The notes beneath the pieces are model-generated. The model saw nothing but the letters and a program-made list of their open reading frames with translations, ran no database searches and was not told the DNA's origin. The translations under genes and the position numbers were made by a program. Shown here piece after piece: positions 28,206 to 31,885 of a stretch of 31,885 nt of DNA. Source of the DNA: a virus (lineage: Duplodnaviria > Caudoviricetes); IMG/VR virus record IMGVR_UViG_3300037634_000022, positions 1-31,885 of that record, one strand, 5' to 3'. Within the stretch, counting starts at the first letter, position 1, and every line of letters begins with the position of its first letter.

Positions 28206-28461
28206 TATTATTCTCCTGTTGTATTCTTTTACCTAAACGTGCGTAGCCTTCAATGTCATCCCAATGATCCGGGTTGAATGATCCACATAAGATGCGAGCT
28301 ATCTTGTGGAGGATATTTAGAATTGCAAAGTGATGTGGTCTAAGTGGAGAACAAGTGTGGACAACAATACTTACTAAATCTATCCCCACTTCGAATGTTT
28401 CTGCTGCATCTCCGTGAGTCTTTTCTCTCTCACTTAACAGCTTATCTGTTTCGTCTGGCAT
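28198..28461 (-). CDS. DUF6378-like small helical protein
   Basis: Pattern L.ER..THGD...F...KIARI..G....DHWDDIEGYA.L. Confidence 0.75.
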   Translation of the reverse strand: MPDETDKLLSEREKTHGDAAETFEVGIDLVSIVVHTCSPLRPHHFAILNILHKIARILCGSFNPDHWDDIEGYARLGKRIQQENNSG

Positions 28462-28603
28462 ATATCTTCATCCTTTTACGAATTCGCCACGGCTTCTTTT
28501 TGTTGCAGCTTTTACTTTTCTTTTTAGCTTTGTTGAACTTCCCTCTTTTTGCTAACTTAGTTTTGCCGCCAATGTTGTTTGTTTTCTTAAACGACAGCCC
28601 CAC
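28442..28603 (-). CDS. 53-aa extremely basic microprotein (not in ORF track)
   Basis: GTG start overlapping the helicase TAG, with a strong AAGGAGGGAG RBS. MGLSFKKTNNIGGKTKLAKRGKFNKAKKKSKSCNKKKPWRIRKRMKIYARRNR. Confidence 0.65.
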   Translation of the reverse strand: MGLSFKKTNNIGGKTKLAKRGKFNKAKKKSKSCNKKKPWRIRKRMKIYARRNR

Positions 28604-29865
28604 TATTTATCTCCCTCCTTATAGAGACTACGAGACAATGACTTCTGATCTGTGATGATATGTACATGCTCTTTAGCTCTAGTAACTGCTGTATATAAGT
28701 TCTTTCTATTCAGCAGCCATGAGCGAGATGAGTTCATAATGTAACAGACACGATCATACTCACTGCCTTGAGCCTTATGAGTTGTGATTACATAAGCTAG
28801 ATCTAAGTCTTTTTGTGGGTTCATGTAGTACATTCCCCCTCTACCTTCCATCTCCAGCGAGACAGGAATCTCTAGTTCTCTATCGCCAAGGTCTACTGTG
28901 ATACTAGCATCAGCATTTAGTGACTTGATAACTCCTGTCTCACCGTTGAATACTTCTAAGGGATAGTTGTTGCTGGTATAGATGACCTTATCCCCTTCAT
29001 ACATTCTTATGTAATCTTGGTCGGACCACTTATGTCGTTCAACTTCTGTGTATGGTTTGTCGGATGGGTGTAATAGGTTTTGGATACAACCATTCAATGC
29101 CTCAGTCCCGACCCAACCAACTTTAGTTGGAGTTATCATCTGGTTCTTGATGATTCCATAGTCAACTCCATTAGCTAAACAGTCCTGAACAAATCCTTGT
29201 ACAGCTTCAACTGGTTCGCCGGTCATTTGAATACTAAAGTCAGGCTTGCGAACTGGCATACCGCCAAGAACAATCCTGTTAGCATTAGATATGATGTTGC
29301 TATCTTCTTTTTGTCGGTGAATGTTTGTAAGTCTGATCCCGTCATACTTACTAAGCATCTTTAGGAAGGACGAAGGTTCTGCTTGGATTCTTTTGGAGGT
29401 TTCAATTGGTTGGAGTTGGTTAGCATCCCCAAACATTCTTATTATTCCGCCATGAGGCAACGCATCAATCAGATTACGGTGCAATTCCACATTGACCATT
29501 GCATATTCATCAACTAGCACTGTATCAAAGTCGACGGGGTTTTGTCTGTCTCGCTTTGGGTCTGTTGAGATAAGAGTTTTTCCAGTTTTCTCATCTCTTT
29601 CTCCAGGATGGGGGTACTCAAGTAACCGATGTATCGTACGAGCCGGTATACCTGTCGCTTCTTGAATTCGTTTTGCTGCTTTGCCAGTAGGAGCGCACAA
29701 AACGACTTCGTGTCCTCTTGCTTTAAGCGTTCTATAGACATTCTGTAGAATCGTTGTCTTTCCAGTACCAGCCGCGCCCGTAACAGGTACGATTCGACGG
29801 CTAATGTCACAGCAAGCACCAATAGCTTTAGCCTGTGTCTCATCAAATTTGAGTCCATTGTCCAT
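28603..29865 (-). CDS. RecD/Dda-like SF1B 5'-3' DNA helicase
   Basis: GAAGTGKTT, APTGKAA, TIHRLL, VDEYAMV, GDANQLQPI, LTNIHRQ, TTHKAQGSEY and LYTAVTRAK are all present. Likely start is ATG 29865. It lacks the N-terminal HhH region of RecD2. Confidence 0.92.
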   Translation of the reverse strand: MDNGLKFDETQAKAIGACCDISRRIVPVTGAAGTGKTTILQNVYRTLKARGHEVVLCAPTGKAAKRIQEATGIPARTIHRLLEYPHPGERDEKTGKTLISTDPKRDRQNPVDFDTVLVDEYAMVNVELHRNLIDALPHGGIIRMFGDANQLQPIETSKRIQAEPSSFLKMLSKYDGIRLTNIHRQKEDSNIISNANRIVLGGMPVRKPDFSIQMTGEPVEAVQGFVQDCLANGVDYGIIKNQMITPTKVGWVGTEALNGCIQNLLHPSDKPYTEVERHKWSDQDYIRMYEGDKVIYTSNNYPLEVFNGETGVIKSLNADASITVDLGDRELEIPVSLEMEGRGGMYYMNPQKDLDLAYVITTHKAQGSEYDRVCYIMNSSRSWLLNRKNLYTAVTRAKEHVHIITDQKSLSRSLYKEGDK

Positions 29866-30130
29866 TGTTTTCCCCAACGGTTTGAGCCGTTGAGTTACTA
29901 AGTCTATGCTCTTTTAATTGTTGAGCGACTTGAACAGAACACCAACGGCCAAAGTTAGCTATTGAGATCCCTAGTTCCGCTGCTTCTTCAGCTAACATAT
30001 CGTATTCAGCATTAGTGCAGCGAATTCTAAGGTTCCCACCTCTTTTACCAGTGGAATTGGGACCGAAGCCTTTAGGAATTATACTCGGAGTTGGAATTGA
30101 TATCTTGTAAGGGGGATCGTATGACATCAT
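29843..30130 (-). CDS. Ribbon-helix-helix (MobC/CopG-like) DNA-binding protein
   Basis: LRIRCTNAEYDMLAEEAAELGISIANFGR fits the RHH pattern. The start is uncertain (30130/30127). Confidence 0.65.
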   Translation of the reverse strand: MMSYDPPYKISIPTPSIIPKGFGPNSTGKRGGNLRIRCTNAEYDMLAEEAAELGISIANFGRWCSVQVAQQLKEHRLSNSTAQTVGENNGQWTQI

Positions 30131-30263
30131 CAAGTTCTTTCTTACGTTTTGCATGGGAGAATGAAACTACATTTGTGTGATCGTGGCACTTATTTTCTGT
30201 GTCATTTTTACTACCGCAATAGATGCAGTAGTTTGTTCTCCAATCGAACTTGTGATTGCACAT
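30072..30263 (-). CDS. Small Cys/His-rich (Zn-ribbon-like) protein
   Basis: AAGGA RBS before ATG 30263 and MCNHKF...CIYCG...CHDH. It overlaps the RHH gene by about 55 nt. Confidence 0.5.
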   Translation of the reverse strand: MCNHKFDWRTNYCIYCGSKNDTENKCHDHTNVVSFSHAKRKKELDDVIRSPLQDINSNSEYNS

Positions 30264-30287
30264 AGCACACATTCCTTTGTGTGTCAA
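30259..30287 (-). promoter_or_regulatory. Possible sigma70 promoter with a palindrome in the spacer
   Basis: TTGACA-N17-TATGTG with a TG extension (poor -10). The inverted repeat CACACA-AAGGAA-TGTGTG overlaps the -35 and the spacer. Confidence 0.35.
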
Positions 30288-30295
30288 GGTAGGGT

Positions 30296-30333
30296 GGGGA
30301 GAGGCAGGATGCCAAACTACCATTCCTCTCCCC
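30296..30333 (-). other. Intergenic stem-loop without a U-tract
   Basis: 9-bp stem GGGGAGAGG/CCTCTCCCC with a 20-nt loop. Confidence 0.5.
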
Positions 30334-30369
30334 TATCTCTCGACTAGAAGTATTCAACCAGTACCTCGG

Positions 30370-30576
30370 TTAATCGAGAGATATCTTTTTATAGATCGCG
30401 TTCTCGTATTGACCGCTTTCCATAATGTCGAGGACGTTTTCAGCACTCTTATAACCGCCAATGATTTTTACATCATCTTTGGAGATTTGAATGGGCCTAC
30501 CGGATTCGTCCATGATCTGCATTACCGCATAGATAGGTAGGGTGCGGCGTTTGGCTTTAGCTTTATCTTCAGCCAT
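30370..30576 (-). CDS. Hypothetical 68-aa protein
   Basis: GGGGAG RBS and ATG start, collinear with the operon. Confidence 0.75.
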   Translation of the reverse strand: MAEDKAKAKRRTLPIYAVMQIMDESGRPIQISKDDVKIIGGYKSAENVLDIMESGQYENAIYKKISLD

Positions 30577-30609
30577 TATACTCCCCTTATTATTAGAAGT
30601 TGAGTAGGT

Positions 30610-30637
30610 GGGAGGTAGGGAATTACTCCTACCTCCC
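30610..30637 (-). other. Intergenic stem-loop downstream of the SSB-like gene
   Basis: 10-bp stem GGGAGGTAGG/CCTACCTCCC with an 8-nt loop and no U-tract. Confidence 0.55.
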
Positions 30638-30645
30638 TATCTGCA

Positions 30646-31059
30646 TTAAGCAGCAGATACTCGCGTGATTTCGGCACGAGTTGTACCTTCCCAAGTCGAG
30701 TGAGCAACTTCAAGTTCAGCTTCGAGGCCGACCCATTCGTTGACATCAATCTTCTTAGACAAAGGCGCACCAATTGATTCAATGAATCGCTTAGTACCGA
30801 AGCGAGAGTTCGGATTGTCTTCAAGACCAACCCGACGATAGACAAGGATTTGTCCATCGGGATTACCGTCTTCCCAATCAGCCGGGAATTGGTCGGGAGA
30901 GATGTGGAAAGAAACAGCGGCATATCGCGTGTCGCGCTGTGACATTTTCACTTCGGCTCCACGAACAACGCCAGTGTATTTCCCCGGTGGTAGTGGATCG
31001 GGAGCTTTCTGGTCTTTGAGATTGACACTGAATTCGACAATGCTATCGAGATCATCCAT
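30646..31059 (-). CDS. DUF669-like ssDNA-binding protein
   Basis: PLPPGKYTGVVRGAEVKMS...W.G....LEV...W.G..RAEI pattern, next to a Sak4-like ATPase. AAGGA RBS before ATG 31059. Confidence 0.7.
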   Translation of the reverse strand: MDDLDSIVEFSVNLKDQKAPDPLPPGKYTGVVRGAEVKMSQRDTRYAAVSFHISPDQFPADWEDGNPDGQILVYRRVGLEDNPNSRFGTKRFIESIGAPLSKKIDVNEWVGLEAELEVAHSTWEGTTRAEITRVSAA

Positions 31060-31101
31060 GTTGATAGTTCCTTTTGTGTGTGTTGTTTGAGAAAGGGACT
31101 T

Positions 31102-31129
31102 ATTATAGTTTGTTACTTCTACTATGCAA
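31102..31129 (-). promoter_or_regulatory. Sigma70-type promoter
   Basis: TTGCAT-N16-TATAAT, 43 nt upstream of the DUF669-like start. Confidence 0.65.
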
Positions 31130-31182
31130 GCCCCCAAGTATAGTAGTTATCCTATTCATAGACACAACATATAGATTGTGTG

Positions 31183-31884
31183 TCATGGTAGGTCGATCTT
31201 TTTGCCGTCGTTTTTCACCCACTTATTATACCAATCTGCTATTCCTTCGCCTTCCCATGATTCGGGATCGAATGACCATGTAAAGTCACTACTTTCGCTG
31301 GTTACAAACATCCGAGATTTCATAGGCTTTCGAAGGCGGGAAGATCTAATAGTGATCTTACGATTCTTCCCTGTGTCCTCTAAGTGCCAGACTTCTGACA
31401 ACTTAATAGGAATTTCGGACTGCATCTTGCCGCCGACTAAAATACTAACCATCATAGCCCCACTTAGTTCGTCTTTTTGTGGGGAATCTTCATGTGCTAC
31501 GAAGACTACGTGTTTGTTGGCGGCTCCAGTTGTTCTGATAACGGACATAATTCCTTGCATGGTGTAGGAGTTACGTCTGCCATATCCCTGTAGTGTTGGA
31601 GCTTCCATTGATGCGCCTCTAACTTGTGCGACTCCATGTTTAAGGGATAGTTCGTTGAATGAGGTTATGGAATCGAAGACTACGGTTTGTACGTCTTCGT
31701 TATCTTCCAGGAATTGTCTAATTCCAGCACACCCGTCACTCTTAAATGTTTCTACGACATTTGGATTGTCCGTAGAGAAGTCAGCAATATGGATATCAGG
31801 TTGATCCATTAGGGACGAAGTACCATCGGGATCAAAGTTGCACCATAAGATGGGACGCGGAGCAGTAGCAGCCAGAGTAGTTTT
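31183..31884 (-). CDS. AAA_24/Sak4-like ATPase (ssDNA annealing recombinase), 5'-truncated
   Basis: The frame is open to the window end (KTTLAATAPRPILW, the tail of Walker A). Walker B TVVFDSIT and VVFVAHE, adjacent to the DUF669-like gene. Confidence 0.8.
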   Translation of the reverse strand, partial: KTTLAATAPRPILWCNFDPDGTSSLMDQPDIHIADFSTDNPNVVETFKSDGCAGIRQFLEDNEDVQTVVFDSITSFNELSLKHGVAQVRGASMEAPTLQGYGRRNSYTMQGIMSVIRTTGAANKHVVFVAHEDSPQKDELSGAMMVSILVGGKMQSEIPIKLSEVWHLEDTGKNRKITIRSSRLRKPMKSRMFVTSESSDFTWSFDPESWEGEGIADWYNKWVKNDGKKIDLP

Positions 31885-31885
31885 A

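Noticed and set aside
30576-30923. 115-aa ORF overlapping the DUF669-like gene
   Set aside because: It overlaps a well-supported gene in another frame and crosses an intergenic hairpin.
1-31885. tRNA, CRISPR array, DGR, intron/intein, integrase or IS element
   Set aside because: I recognised no cloverleaf, spaced repeats, reverse transcriptase, splicing motifs or recombinase/transposase. Coding density leaves almost no room, but this was inspection by eye only.

Overview
A 31.9-kb slice of a podovirus-like tailed phage genome (Caudoviricetes), probably marine. An alphaproteobacterial host is a weak inference. It has two convergent, densely packed blocks. The + strand (1-23955) is the late module: a truncated hydrophilic ORF, portal, scaffold, HK97-fold major capsid protein, a probable decoration protein, adaptor, nozzle, two small tail proteins, two tail fibre/receptor-binding proteins, a lysis cassette (membrane proteins, holin, GH24 lysozyme) and four internal/ejection proteins. 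The - strand (31885-23952) is the replication/recombination module: Sak4-like AAA ATPase, DUF669-like SSB, small proteins, an RHH regulator, a RecD/Dda-like SF1B helicase, a DUF6378-like protein, a family-A DNA polymerase fused to a degenerate family-4 uracil-DNA-glycosylase-like domain, a 156-aa CPCC protein and a stand-alone DUF3987-like ATPase. No terminase, primase, DnaB, RNA polymerase, integrase, tRNA or CRISPR is visible in the window. Most notable: the UDG-PolA (His at the Pol I 762 position) / middle protein / DUF3987 cassette, three microproteins missed by the ORF track (one with 23 K+R and no acidic residue in 53 aa), a repeated operator-like motif in the early region, and RTX-type Ca-binding repeats inside the giant ejection protein. 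All family names come from motif recognition by eye, not database searches.
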